Shown one piece after another: positions 20,041 through 32,717 of a stretch of DNA of 64,000 nucleotides. The notes beneath the pieces are model-generated. The model was not told where the DNA came from and searched no databases. It was given only the letters and a program-made list of their open reading frames with translations. The position numbers and the translations under genes were made by a program. Where the stretch lies: assembly GCA_963751575.1 (NCBI GenBank), contig CAVVUX010000002.1:367984-431983 (forward strand). Direction: 5' to 3'. Each line of letters opens with the position of its first letter. Position 1 is the stretch's first letter. Source of the DNA: an uncultured Chloroflexia bacterium. Its GTDB lineage: Bacteria > Chloroflexota > Anaerolineae > Anaerolineales > UBA11858.

Positions 20041-21020
20041 AAATGATGAATCCAGATCAATTTCCTGATCCATTTGAATTTTGGTTGGATAAGACAGTTT
20101 GTGTCACCGGCGGTGATGGATTCCTGGGCAGCTTTGTCCAAAAAACCCTTCGGGAGCGAGGCGTTGAGAATATTTTTATTCCCCTGATCGATGATTACGA
20201 TCTTACTGAAACTGACAATATCCGGCGCATGTTATCAGACGCAAAACCAGATATTATCATTCACCTGGCTGCCTTAGCTGGCGGCATTGGTGCTAATCGA
20301 GCTCGTCCGGCGGAATTTTTCTACAAGAATCTGATGATGGGGGTTCCGCTGATGCATGAAGCCTGGAAATTTGGTGTTAGTAAATTTGTGGCTATTGGAA
20401 CAATCTGTGCTTATCCAAAATACACCCCGGTTCCCTTTAAAGAAGAAAACCTCTGGGAAGGATATCCCGAAGAAACAAACGCACCATATGGATTGGCGAA
20501 AAAAATGTTATTGGTTCAGGCTCAAGCCTATCGTGAACAATATGGCTTTAATGCAATCTACCTGCTTCCGGTAAATCTTTATGGCCCCCGGGATAATTTT
20601 AACCTTGAAACATCCCATGTCATCCCTGCCTTGATCAGAAAGATGGTCGATGCAGCAGATCAGGGGATTGATGAAGTTGTATTGTGGGGTGATGGATCCC
20701 CGACCCGGGAATTTTTCTATGCCGGAGATGCAGCCAGGGGCATCGCGATGGCTGCTGAAAGGTACGATGGCAGCGATCCAGTTAATCTTGGCGCAGGAAT
20801 GGAGATCAGCATCAAGGATCTGGCAGAATTAATTGCCCGCTCAGTTGGCTATACGGGTCGGATAGTGTGGGATTCAAGCAAACCTAATGGCCAACCAAGA
20901 AGAGCCCTTGATACCCAACGGGCCAAAGAATATTTTGGATTTGAATCAGAAATGCCGTTTGAGGATGGAATTGTGAAAACGATCGAATGGTACAGGGCAA
21001 ACAAAGATCAAATTGTATAG
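20037..21020 (+). CDS. fcl: GDP-L-fucose synthase (GDP-4-keto-6-deoxymannose 3,5-epimerase/4-reductase)
   Basis: [21 protein letters not shown] and [12 protein letters not shown] 20037 overlaps the gmd stop (ATGA). The track start at 20007 is an upstream extension. Confidence 0.85.
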   Translation: MKMMNPDQFPDPFEFWLDKTVCVTGGDGFLGSFVQKTLRERGVENIFIPLIDDYDLTETDNIRRMLSDAKPDIIIHLAALAGGIGANRARPAEFFYKNLMMGVPLMHEAWKFGVSKFVAIGTICAYPKYTPVPFKEENLWEGYPEETNAPYGLAKKMLLVQAQAYREQYGFNAIYLLPVNLYGPRDNFNLETSHVIPALIRKMVDAADQGIDEVVLWGDGSPTREFFYAGDAARGIAMAAERYDGSDPVNLGAGMEISIKDLAELIARSVGYTGRIVWDSSKPNGQPRRALDTQRAKEYFGFESEMPFEDGIVKTIEWYRANKDQIV

Positions 21021-21040
21021 AGCTGATCCGGAATTCCTGA

Positions 21041-21104
21041 TTATTCCACAGCTTATCCCCAATATCAGCCGAGTTATCACAAATTATCAACAGATTTATC
21101 CACA
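21041..21104 (+). repeat. array of five same-orientation TTATC-core 9-10-mers, including a perfect DnaA-box sequence
   Basis: TTATTCCACA 21041-21050, TTATCCCCA 21053-21061, TTATCACAA 21074-21082, TTATCAACA 21084-21092 and TTATCCACA 21096-21104. Spacings are about 12, 21, 10 and 12 nt. The array lies in the fcl / next-gene intergenic region. Confidence 0.6.
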
Positions 21105-21151
21105 GGATCTTGACCAGGAAGATAGCATCAAGGAACTAAAACTGATCAGTA

Positions 21152-22039
21152 ATGAGTAAAATTACGATTTTTTCAGCTCCGAAACCATTCTCGGATCCTC
21201 AGATCCGGATCATTCAAAGGAATGCTATTAAATCCTGGAAAATGCTGGGACCCGACGCTGATGTATTCCTGATTGGAGATGAGCTTGGGATCCAGGAAGA
21301 GGCAAGCCTTCTGGATGTAGGACACATCCCAAATGTAGAAGTCAATAGCCTGGGAACACCGTTGGTAAATTCAATTTTTTCTCTTGCCAGGCAGGCATCG
21401 AGATGTGAAATTCTCATTTATTTGAATGCTGATATCATCCTGCTTCCAGATACGCTTGAAATCATTCAGCAAATCAACCAGGGTAAAGAGGACTATCTGA
21501 TAGTAGGTCGGCGCTGGGATCTTGACCTATCCGCAGAGATTGTTTTTAACAAGAAATGGGCCGACGAGGTAAAGAATAGCGCTCTGATCCAAGGGAGAAT
21601 TCATGGACCGACTGCAATGGATTATTTTGTTTTCCCAAAACATTTATACCAAGATCTGCCGCCATTTGCAGTCGGGAGAGCTGGTTGGGATAACTGGATG
21701 ATCTATCACGGAATGCAGCAGCCCTGGCCGGTTATTGATGCTACACCAGTTTTAATGGTGATTCACCAGAATCATGATTACAGCCATCTCCCGGGTGGAA
21801 AACCCCATTTCGATCTTGACGAGTCAAATCAGAATGTGGCAATGGGGGGAGGATATACAAAAAGCTTTGATCTGTTGGATGTCCAGCACGAATTCAGGGG
21901 AGGGAAGATCAGGAGGATCCCGCTTTCTCTCCCGATCATATTAAGGAAATTAGAGCGTTTCATAAATCCGCGACTCATGGAAGGATGGCGGTGGGAGCTC
22001 ACTCGAAAATTACGGAAATTACGCAGAAAAATTAGTTGA
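21152..22039 (+). CDS. hypothetical protein, possible GT-A-like glycosyltransferase
   Basis: 295-aa ORF whose only recognisable feature is a DxD-like block (LNADIILLPD). The glycan-locus context is the main support. Confidence 0.4.
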   Translation: MSKITIFSAPKPFSDPQIRIIQRNAIKSWKMLGPDADVFLIGDELGIQEEASLLDVGHIPNVEVNSLGTPLVNSIFSLARQASRCEILIYLNADIILLPDTLEIIQQINQGKEDYLIVGRRWDLDLSAEIVFNKKWADEVKNSALIQGRIHGPTAMDYFVFPKHLYQDLPPFAVGRAGWDNWMIYHGMQQPWPVIDATPVLMVIHQNHDYSHLPGGKPHFDLDESNQNVAMGGGYTKSFDLLDVQHEFRGGKIRRIPLSLPIILRKLERFINPRLMEGWRWELTRKLRKLRRKIS

Positions 22040-22080
22040 ACAGCCAAGATCATTTGATCTTGCCTTAGCGAGAAAATATC

Positions 22081-23058
22081 ATGAGAGTTGGGGCTAATCC
22101 CGTAAAAAATAAACAGCCAGCGATCTCCCCACCGAAACCTGTAACGGTTGTGGTGATTTGCTATATACCTTATTTGAGCGGATATTTCCAGCACAGCCTG
22201 GATGTGTTAAAACTATCCCTTACCAGCATCCGGGAAAATACTGCTGATGAAGCATATGATTTGCTGGTATTTGACAATGGCAGTTGTGAACAGGTCAAGG
22301 ATTATCTGACAAAATTAAAAAATGAGAATAAGATCCAATACCTGATTCTATCAAGCACTAATGTTGGTATTCCGGGTGCCTGGAATATTTCATTTAATGC
22401 GGCTCCCGGCAAATATGTTGCATTTTCTGATTATGATATTTATTTTTATCCTGGTTGGCTGACCGAGCATTTGAGAATATTTGATAAATTCCCCCATGTT
22501 GGCATGGTTACCGGCACTCCTATTCGCCCTCCGTTAAAATATTCTTCAGCGACGCTGGAATGGGCTGAAGCACAATCGGAGCTGGAGATTAAACGCGGTG
22601 TTCTGCAATCGTGGGAGGATTTTCGGACCCATACCAAAAGCTTGGGAATGTCGGAGATTGAATCTGAAGAATCCTATCACCATGGTGAAGATATCCTGCT
22701 TAAATTGGGGGAAAATGAGGTATTTATTGGTGCAGGACACTTCCAATTTGTTGCTTTAAAGGAAGTATTAGAAAAAGTGACTCCATTTCCGAATAAGATC
22801 GCGATGGGAAATGAGCGATTATTGGACCAGAGGATCAATGAGTTGGGATTATTAAGACTGACATTAAATCGGAAATTTGTTCAGCATCTGGGAAATGTAC
22901 CCTCCCCGGAATTTTTAGAGCAAAATGATGGTTTATGGAGAAAATACTCAACGATAGGATCTGTTGAAAGGAAGGCAGGTTTTTGGAATATTCCCATCAT
23001 AAAAAAGGTTCTCTTAAAAATATATAATTCAATCTTTGAGATATATTTCCACCAGTAA
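22081..23058 (+). CDS. glycosyltransferase family 2-like
   Basis: VTVVVICYIPYLSG...LLVFDNGSCEQV and FSDYDIYF (DxD-like) are typical of a GT-A/GT2 N-terminal domain. Confidence 0.7.
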   Translation: MRVGANPVKNKQPAISPPKPVTVVVICYIPYLSGYFQHSLDVLKLSLTSIRENTADEAYDLLVFDNGSCEQVKDYLTKLKNENKIQYLILSSTNVGIPGAWNISFNAAPGKYVAFSDYDIYFYPGWLTEHLRIFDKFPHVGMVTGTPIRPPLKYSSATLEWAEAQSELEIKRGVLQSWEDFRTHTKSLGMSEIESEESYHHGEDILLKLGENEVFIGAGHFQFVALKEVLEKVTPFPNKIAMGNERLLDQRINELGLLRLTLNRKFVQHLGNVPSPEFLEQNDGLWRKYSTIGSVERKAGFWNIPIIKKVLLKIYNSIFEIYFHQ

Positions 23059-23081
23059 TCAAAATCAATAAGGCATTAAGA

Positions 23082-24510
23082 ATGGAAAAGCGAATATTTT
23101 TAGTAGCAAACCATGGACTTTCGATCATATATTTTTTACAAAGTGATGTGCTAGCTACTCTAGTTAAATCAGGAATTAAGGTTGTTATTTTCACCGACGA
23201 TGAAGTGATTCCGAAGATCCAAAAAATGATCGAGTATCCGAATGTTGCTGTGGAGAGCATGCGCTTAACAGAGGTAGATAAATTTTGGAAAACGAAATAT
23301 CCATCTCTCCAGTATTGGATCGATTTTCTCCGCCGGGCTGGTGCATCAAAAAAAATAAATCTCGAAGCGGTTCAATCATATATTGAACAGGTTGAATATG
23401 AAGCCCATACCAAGCGAAAATTGATTTTTCCCCTGATCAAAGTCTTAGTATTGATCCTTCGAAATTCACGTTTGGCCAGGAAAATGCTGGTTAGGGCCCA
23501 GCAATTTTTTACTCCCGAGATTTATTCTGACCTATTTGATAAATACAAACCAGAGTTGGTTGTCTCAATTACACCGGGCTGGCGGCAAGATCGATATCTG
23601 CTCAGGGAAGCGAAAAAACGAGGTGTGATAACAAGCTCCATCATTCTTGGATGGGACAATTCCAGCAGCTACAGCCTGCCAGGTGCAGATGTGGACTGGG
23701 TCTCTTGCTGGTCGGAGATCCAAAAAGAGGAGTTGGTCAAAGGATCCGATTGGAATCCTGACAGGGTAAATATTGGCGGGATCCCGTCCTATGATGGTTA
23801 TTTTAATGAGATCTGGAAAATGCCCCGGGGTGATTATTATAAATCGCATAATCTCGATCCGGACCGAAAATTAATTTCTTACGCCTGTAGTTTTATAACA
23901 TTTTCCCCAAATATTCAAAATATTAAAGCGTTGGAAAGTATTATCAGCTCTGACAGCTTGATCGAGCCTTGCCAATTATTGATCAGATTGCATCCGAACC
24001 ATTTCCTGGAAGATCCCCGGTTTAAGGATGAAATGATAATGATCAATGAGTTAGCCCAGAATAATAACCATGTCCATCTGGTTGAACCGGTCGCCCTTGG
24101 CGGAGACCTGGGATACTATTCAGGGGAGGATATGCCGGAAAAATCCTCCATGATGGCCCATTCTGATGTGATGGTGACCGTTTACTCTACCATGGCACTA
24201 GAGGCAACTATCCATGAAACTCCTGTGATCAGCCTCTGTATTGATTCGGAGTCTGGCTGGCCAGAATAATTTTTCCCTGCAATTGTCGCAAATTGGAGGG
24301 TGGCCAACCCATGAAAGGTTCATTGCTTCAGGAGCAGGAAGAGAAGCAAGCAACCGGGAAGAATTAGTGGAGGCTCTTAATTATTATTTGAAAGAACCAG
24401 ACCAAGATCATGAGCTCAGGCGGGCGTTTATCACTCGGGAATGTACCTATATAGATGGCAGCGCAGGAAAACACACTGGCGAATTTTTAGCATCCCTGGT
24501 TGTGGAATAA
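23082..24510 (+). pseudogene. GT-B-fold protein (glycosyltransferase or sugar-nucleotide epimerase-like), one frame disruption
   Basis: ORF 23082-24269 ends ..ISLCIDSESGWPE*. It continues in the +1 frame from ~24260 (..NNFSLQLSQIGGWPTHERFIASGAGREASNREELVEALNYYLK..). The GT-B-type donor block is SDVMVTVYSTMALEATIHETPVISL. Confidence 0.55.
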
Positions 24511-24556
24511 CGAATTACCAAACTTAGGTTAAGTTTTTGGAATAGTACAGGTGACC

Positions 24557-25552
24557 ATGAAATTTCTTATAGCTGGTTTTGGGTCCATTGGAAGAAGACA
24601 CTTCAGGAATTTACTTCACCTGGGTGAAGAGGATATTCTGTTCTACAGTACCAATCAGAGTACGATTGACAAAGATGAGATCGCTGGATACATCATTGAA
24701 CCAAGCTTGGATCAAGCCCTGGCCCATAAACCAGATGCGGTGATTGTTTCCAATCCTACTTCACTCCACCTGGATGTTGCTATTCCAGCAGCCAGGGCGG
24801 GCTGCCATCTATTAATAGAAAAGCCCCTTTCCCACGATCTGGGGCGGATTGATGAATTAGCAATGATAGTTGACCAAACAGGCAAGAATGTCCTAGTAGG
24901 ATTCCAGTTCAGATATCATCCAGGCTTACAGGAAATTAGAAAGCTAATCAGTGATGGAGTGATAGGTAAACCGTTATCTGTCCGGGCTCATTGGGGTGAA
25001 TACCTGCCCAATTGGCATCCCTGGGAAGATTACCAGACTGGTTATAGCGCTAGAGCAGATCTCGGAGGGGGGGTGCTGCTAACTCTCTGCCATCCACTAG
25101 ACTATCTACGGTGGCTGTTTGGGGAGATCAACGAAGTCCAGGGCTTTTTGGGCTGCAGTGGAGTCTTGGGTTTAACAGATGTTGAGGATACCGCTGAAAT
25201 AAACCTGAAGTTTGCAAACGACATGCTTGGCAGTGTCCACCTCGATTACAATCAACGCCCGCCTGCTCATAGATTGGAAATAATCGCTTCTGAAGGAACT
25301 GTACATTGGAATGGCATAAATGGCGAACTGTCAGTATTCCAGGCTTCAACAGGCAAATGGAAAGACTATCCCCTTCCTTTGGATTTTGACAGAAATGACT
25401 TATTCTTAGCCGAAATGGCTCACTTTTTGGAAATCACAAAGACAGATCAGATCCCAAGATGTTCTCTTGCAGATGGGATTACTGTCCAGCAAATTATTCA
25501 ATCTGTGAATAAATCCCACAGAGAGGGTGCCGTAGTAAGTATAACAATTTAA
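24557..25552 (+). CDS. Gfo/Idh/MocA-family NAD(P)-dependent oxidoreductase
   Basis: MKFLIAGFGSIGRRHFRNL is the Rossmann N-terminus, and LLIEKPLS matches the EKP motif of this family. Confidence 0.75.
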   Translation: MKFLIAGFGSIGRRHFRNLLHLGEEDILFYSTNQSTIDKDEIAGYIIEPSLDQALAHKPDAVIVSNPTSLHLDVAIPAARAGCHLLIEKPLSHDLGRIDELAMIVDQTGKNVLVGFQFRYHPGLQEIRKLISDGVIGKPLSVRAHWGEYLPNWHPWEDYQTGYSARADLGGGVLLTLCHPLDYLRWLFGEINEVQGFLGCSGVLGLTDVEDTAEINLKFANDMLGSVHLDYNQRPPAHRLEIIASEGTVHWNGINGELSVFQASTGKWKDYPLPLDFDRNDLFLAEMAHFLEITKTDQIPRCSLADGITVQQIIQSVNKSHREGAVVSITI

Positions 25553-25666
25553 CAACACAGGCGAATAGATTCCATTTTGGAAATCTATCAGGATCAGGAA
25601 CAAATTTGGAGAGATAGTTTTGATGCCCGATCGTTAGTTCAGTAAAGATTATTGAGGACTGAAACC

Positions 25667-25843
25667 ATGGTTAATAAATTAAGGAAAAACTGGCTTTTGA
25701 TTTTAGTAGTGATCTTGTTTGCAATCTACATGGGTGTGTATATTTTTCAGACCAGTTTTGTTATAGATGGAACGCGCTATTTTGTGCTGTTCGATGACGC
25801 GATGATTTCGATGCGATTTGCCAAGAATTTTGCTAAAGGATGA
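25667..25843 (+). pseudogene. truncated 5' remnant of a paralog of the membrane-protein gene at 27078
   Basis: The ~58-aa fragment [51 protein letters not shown] aligns almost residue-for-residue with the N-terminus of ORF 27078 ([51 protein letters not shown]). Similarity is lost at ~25855. Confidence 0.7.
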
Positions 25844-26755
25844 GGCTTATGAACAATAAAAAAATTACTGAACCTATCTATTGGGATTTTACAAACTATA
25901 TGCTCAAAGAAGCAATGGATGCTATGGATCACAGAGCAGACAATGAATTCAAAAGAATTTCTAGAGGGGAATCCTTAGAGATTGTCCACGGACAAGCTGT
26001 GAGGGATTATATATATTTTGTAGAATTTAATTGAAGGAGCTATATTTTTTTTAAACAAAATCGGATATCCGGTTACAGGATCAGCAATTGACATAGGATC
26101 AGGTACAGGAATTGGTGCATCGATCCTTTCTAACTATAAAGGTTTGAATAAGATTTTCGCCTTAGAATTTTCAGAAAGATTTGTTAAAAATATAATGCCA
26201 CTTGTGTTTGAGGAATTCTCTTCCCATCCGGGAAAAATTCAGAGAGTAGTAGGTGATTTCAACAATCTTAATGTCGAAGATGGTTCCATCGATTTAATAC
26301 TTGATATCGATTCATTGCATCATGCAGAGGATTTAGAAATTACTCTGAAGGAATGTAATCGAGCATTAAAACCAGGTGGAGTTCTAATTGCAATTGATAG
26401 GGCATGGGACGATTCTTACACAGATCTGCAACTGCAGGATATGCTGGATAAAGAACTGAATGATAATTTAAAGCGAAAATATAATATCCCCGAAAATCAA
26501 AGTTACACCCGCCGAGATTTTGGAGAACATGAATATACTATGAAACAATGGGAAAATGCTTTTTTAAATCAGGGGTTTGAAACTAACATTTTTTCACAGA
26601 AACATCCACCAGGTCTTATTAGTATCTTCGATAATATTCCAACATTTAAATTTTCAATTTGGATTTCTTCACTTATGTATAATTTAGGAATGAGAAGACA
26701 TATTATTTATGGATTTAACAAAACCAGAAGATTGTTTGTTTGTATTAAAACTTAA
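25840..26755 (+). pseudogene. class I SAM-dependent methyltransferase, one frame disruption, in AT-rich cassette
   Basis: ORF 25840-26034 (frame 1) is followed in frame 2 from ~26024 by NLIEGAIFFLNKIGYPVTGSAIDIGSGTGIGASILS (SAM motif I). That runs into track ORF 26144-26755 (LKPGGVLIAIDR, motif-IV-like). Confidence 0.6.
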
Positions 26756-27077
26756 TTTAACTTTAGAATCTTTCTTGGTGTGTTTATTAACAATTTATGT
26801 AGAGAGTTTCCTTTACTAAATATGCTGATTATCCAATGATGGAATAATCTTCTATAAAAAAGATTATCAATATTGGAATGGCAAATTTATTTATACACAA
26901 AAGATATTGACCACAGATGAGATAAAAGTCATTAATTAACGAAATAATTTTTCCTAATCATTTGAATTACATTAGGCGCCACATAATCGAGAATGGAAAT
27001 ATGAAAACTCTTGTCTCAAGAAGAAGAAAATTACCTGCTCTGACCAGGAAAAATATTACTTTATAAAAGGAAAAACC

Positions 27078-28705
27078 ATGGTGGACATCATAAAGAAAAA
27101 TTGGCTATTTATAATATTATTGTCGATTATAGCTGTTTATATGGGTGTGTACATTTTCCAATCCAGTTTTATTTCAGATGGCACTCGCTATTTTGTGCTG
27201 TTTGACGACGCTATGATCTCAATGCGTTTCGCTAAGAACTTTGCCGAGGGACTTGGGTTAGTGTGGAATCCTGGAGAAACGCCAATAGAAGGTTATACCA
27301 ACCCTCTCTGGGTAGTTTTTATGTCTTTTTTCCATCTTTTCCCGATTCCGTGCCTCAAAAATCAGCTTATTTATTCAAATCAGTGGCGCGTTGTTTTTGC
27401 TGGCTAATCTCGTGTTTGTAAAAAAGATCACTGAGGAAATTTCAGAAGACTTCTCTTACTCCCTATCTGGCAGTGATCCTCACGGGTTTATATATCCCGC
27501 TGAATGATTGGGGCCTACAGGGAATGGAAGTCAGTGGGCTTGTCTTATTGGTTTCAGCGGTAAGTTTTTTGGCAATCCGATCACTTAAGAATGAGATGTT
27601 TTCTAAATGGATCTACATTTTATTGTTTGTAGGTACGTTAGTTCGGATGGATATCGTAGTACCCTACCTGGTTTTCTGGGGATTTCTGGTGATCTTTGAT
27701 GCAAAAAACAGGAAACAGCATCTTATTTGGGGTTTTGGACTGCTTGGCATTCTCCCTGATTGGTCAAACCCTGTTTCGTCATTTTTACTATGGAGATTTG
27801 CTGCCAAATACCTACTACCTGAAGATGACAGGGATATCCCTCGTTCTGCGAGTAAAAAGAGGGCTTTTTGTTCTTTATCATTTTATTCGGGATTTTAATT
27901 GGGTCCTGTTCATCCTGCCCTTTTTGGTTATCTTTATTCCGATTAAACTTATCAAAACTTCTGCTCGCATTGGTCTTTTCTGCCCAGATTGCGTACAGTG
28001 TTTACGTTGGTGGTGATGCATGGGAGCATATCGGGGGAGCCAATCGTTATCTATCAATAGCGATCCCCTTATTCTTTATCCTGTTTGCCTCTGGATGGGA
28101 ACAGATCAGGAATTCCCTGTTCGCAGCTGTGAAGGATCAAAAATCCATCATAAAAATCACGGGAAATATTGGGTTTGGTCTGGTTGTTTTGCTAAGTCTG
28201 CTGAACTTTAATTTCATGAAGGAGAACCAAAATAATAACAAGATAATATCGCTCCAAAATAATATCAAGAGAATGTTTTTATTGTATGAACCCCATTTTA
28301 TAGAAGGCAACAAATGGAATTTGGAGATCGTTCAGGCGGTTAATAAGGTCACAACACCCGAATGCTGTAATTGCTGTCACAGGAGCAGGATCAATTCCAT
28401 ATTTTACTGAGCGCCATGCCTATGATGTTTTGGGAAAGATCGATTCCTATATTGCCCATTTACCAAACCATATACCCACTGGTGGTTTAGTGAATATTCG
28501 TCCTGGGCATATGAAATGGGATTATGAATATACTTTTGGACAGTTAAGGCCGGATATGATCCTTGGTATTTGGGAAAACCGGGAAGAAGCAGAACCGATC
28601 CTCGCTGAATACTATACAACAATTAGTGTGAACGGAATGAATTATCTTGTTCTCAAGGGCTCTCCAGAAATACTCTGGGATCAGGTTGACCAGGAGGTTT
28701 ATTGA
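27078..28705 (+). pseudogene. polytopic GT-C-like membrane protein, at least five frame disruptions
   Basis: There are successive +1 shifts. Frame 0 reads ..[47 protein letters not shown]. Frame 1 from ~27345 reads [32 protein letters not shown]. Frame 2 from ~27450 reads SLTPYLAVILTGLYIPLNDWGLQGMEV... Frame 0 from ~27750 reads FSLIGQTLFRHFYYGDLLPNTYYLKMTG... Frame 1 from ~27930 reads ..AQIAYSVYVGGDAWEHIGGANRYLSIAIPLFF... Frame 2 from ~28370 reads ..GKIDSYIAHLPNHIPTGG..GHMKWDYEY.., with the stop at 28703-28705. Confidence 0.6.
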
Positions 28706-28848
28706 CGGTTTTGATCACCGGAAAAAAGGAATTTCCAAGAGAAAAAAATGAAAAAATCCTGCAAATCTGTGTGGTATCATATGCAGTCGATTTTTTCAGA
28801 AATATTAATCATTTTTCAATTTTGGAGAATGAAATCAATAAAAATTAG

Positions 28849-30594
<1,746 letters not shown>

Positions 30595-30666
30595 TGGGCT
30601 AATTGCAGTTGGATCTGATTTTAGAGCCATGGATTCTTCCAGTTGGATATTCCAAGGGAGCAAAAC

Positions 30667-31489
30667 ATGAACGGAATTCAAGAGTTATTTGACCTGACGG
30701 GAAGGGTTGCAATTGTAACTGGTGGAGCGGGGTTTCTTGGACAGCAGTTCTCAGAAGCATTAACTGAAGCTGGTGCCTCGATCGTTGTGGCTGATATCAA
30801 TCAAAAAGACGCTAGTCATTTTGCTGCAAAACTGGAAGACAAAGGTGGCAAAGCCATGGGTATTTCCGTGGATGTCACGGACCCTTACTCAGTTCAGAGC
30901 TTAATGGAAGAAACCCTGAAGAAATTTGGCAGATTGGATATTTTGGTTAATTCTGCCGCGCTGGACCCCAAATTTGAGGGAATTTCTTCTGAAAAACATG
31001 CCACGTCATTTGAAGAATTTTCACTTGATTCCTGGAAAGAAGCCCTTGATGTGAACTTGACTGGTATGTTCCTGATCTGTCAGGCAGGCGGCAAAGATCA
31101 TGAAGATCTCAGGCAAAGGATCGATCATCAATATATGTTCGACCTACGGCATAACTGGACCAGATCAGCGGTTATATGAGTCCCTTGGTGAACCCAGGCT
31201 CTACAAACCTGTCTACTACACAGTCAGCAAAGCTGGTGTATTGGGTCTAACAAAATATATCGCGACCTATTATGAAGGCACAGAGATCCGCTGTAATGCA
31301 CTCACACCGGGGGGAGTGGAACGAGAGCATGCTCAGGCATTTAAGGAAGCCTACAGCAGCAGAACAGTGCTGGGCAGGATGGCATATCCCCATGAGATGA
31401 AAGGAGCGGTTGTATTCCTCGCTTCTGAAGCATCGAGCTATATGACAGGATCTAATCTGGTTGTAGATGGAGGATGGACCGCATGGTAG
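30667..31489 (+). pseudogene. short-chain dehydrogenase/reductase, one frame disruption
   Basis: TGGAGFLGQ Rossmann motif, NSAA, then a +1 shift at ~31095-31100 (..CQAGGK | IMKISGKGSIINICS). The catalytic YTVSKAGVLGLTK (YxxxK) lies in the second frame. Confidence 0.7.
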
Positions 31490-32266
31490 AAGTACTGACA
31501 TTTATCCCGGCCCGGGGAGGATCAAAGGGTATTCCCCGGAAAAATATCAAGAATCTGGCTGGACATCCCTTGATTGCCTACAGCATAGCTGCATCCTTAG
31601 AGGCAGAATTGGTTAAGAGAACTATTGTCACCACTGATGATCCTGAAATAGCCGAGATTGCCCGGAAGTATGGGGCAGAAGTGCCTTTTCTACGGCCTGA
31701 AGAACTGGCGCAGGATGATACCCGGGATCTGCCGGTTTTTCAGCATGCATTGACCTGGCTAAAAGAGCAGGAGGGTTATCAGCCAGACCTGGTTGTCCAG
31801 CTCCGGCCAACCAGTCCCTTCCGTCCACCAGGCTTGATTGATGAAGCGATCAATATACTGTTGGATAACCCCGAGGCAACCTCTGTTCGAGGAGTTGTTC
31901 CTTCAAATCAGAATCCTTATAAAATGTGGCAGATCCTGGAAAATGGTGCAATGCGGCCAATTCTGGCATCTGGATCAATCAGAACCTTATAATATGCCCC
32001 GCCAGGAATTGCCGCAGACTTATTGGCAGACCGGTCACATTGATGTGATCAGGACTGAGACAATTCTCAATGGATCAATGACTGGCGATAATGTCTATGC
32101 TTGTCTGATTGACCCGATTTACTCGATAGATCTGGATAGTGCCCTGGATTGGGAGCAAGCAGAATCCCGGATCCCGGATTTGGGAACGAAAATCACGTTT
32201 CCTGGCTCCACAAAGATTGGATCCCTAAAGATATATCTCTGGTCGTTCTGGATTTTGATGGTGTGA
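31474..32266 (+). pseudogene. neuA: N-acylneuraminate (nonulosonate) cytidylyltransferase, one frame disruption
   Basis: FIPARGGSKGIPRKNIKNLAGHPLIAYSI is the CTP_transf_3 N-terminal signature, followed by LRPTSPFR. A +1 shift at ~31960 precedes ..EPYNMPRQELPQTYWQTGHIDVI. The 3' end overlaps, and may be fused to, the HAD phosphatase ORF. Confidence 0.75.
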
Positions 32267-32715
32267 TAACTGATGATCGGGTCTATGTCAATCAGCATGG
32301 CGAAGAATCTGTGGCTGCCCACCGGGGAGATGGCATGGGTATAGCCATGCTAAAGAAGACTGGTGTTGAAGTGATTATTTTGTCCACGGAAAAGAATCCA
32401 GGTCGTTCAGGCCCGGGCGATAAGTTGGGTGTTGAAGCTTTTCAGGGCATTGATGACAAAAAAAGCTACCTGGAATCTATTCTTACAGAGAAGAAAAGTC
32501 CGGGCAGCCAGGTTGCCTATGTGGGTAATGATTTGAATGATTTGGCTTGTTTTTCGCTGGTTGGTTGGGCTGTGGCTGTTGCTGATGCCCATCCTGACCT
32601 GCTTAATCAAGCTCAGCTCATTTTAAAAAAGAAAGGTGGTCATGGGGCAGTCCGGGAATTATGTGATTTGATTATTAATGATAAGAAACAATCTGAAACA
32701 AGAATTAAGGAGTGA
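32149..32715 (+). CDS. HAD-superfamily phosphatase, KdsC / nonulosonate-9-phosphate phosphatase type (start uncertain; possibly fused to neuA)
   Basis: LVVLDFDGVITDD is HAD motif I, and YVGNDLNDL is motif IV (GDxxND-like). The size and layout resemble KdsC. Confidence 0.7.
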   Translation: MGASRIPDPGFGNENHVSWLHKDWIPKDISLVVLDFDGVITDDRVYVNQHGEESVAAHRGDGMGIAMLKKTGVEVIILSTEKNPGRSGPGDKLGVEAFQGIDDKKSYLESILTEKKSPGSQVAYVGNDLNDLACFSLVGWAVAVADAHPDLLNQAQLILKKKGGHGAVRELCDLIINDKKQSETRIKE

Positions 32716-32717
32716 AT

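Noticed and set aside
21041-21104. DnaA-box cluster read as the chromosomal replication origin
   Set aside because: There is no dnaA/dnaN neighbourhood and no obvious AT-rich unwinding element or 13-mer repeats. The cluster sits inside a co-directional glycan operon. I kept it only as a possible regulatory array.
23021-23047. Third copy of the wzm/MarR operator box, considered as an independent promoter feature
   Set aside because: Only 19 of 27 positions match, the right half-site is degenerate, and there is no -35 element at the proper spacing. It is mentioned under the operator finding but not annotated as a feature.
25840-27077. AT-rich cassette read as an insertion sequence or prophage remnant
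   Set aside because: There is no transposase, integrase, terminal inverted repeat or target-site duplication. The flanking repeat is a diverged gene fragment rather than an identical duplication.
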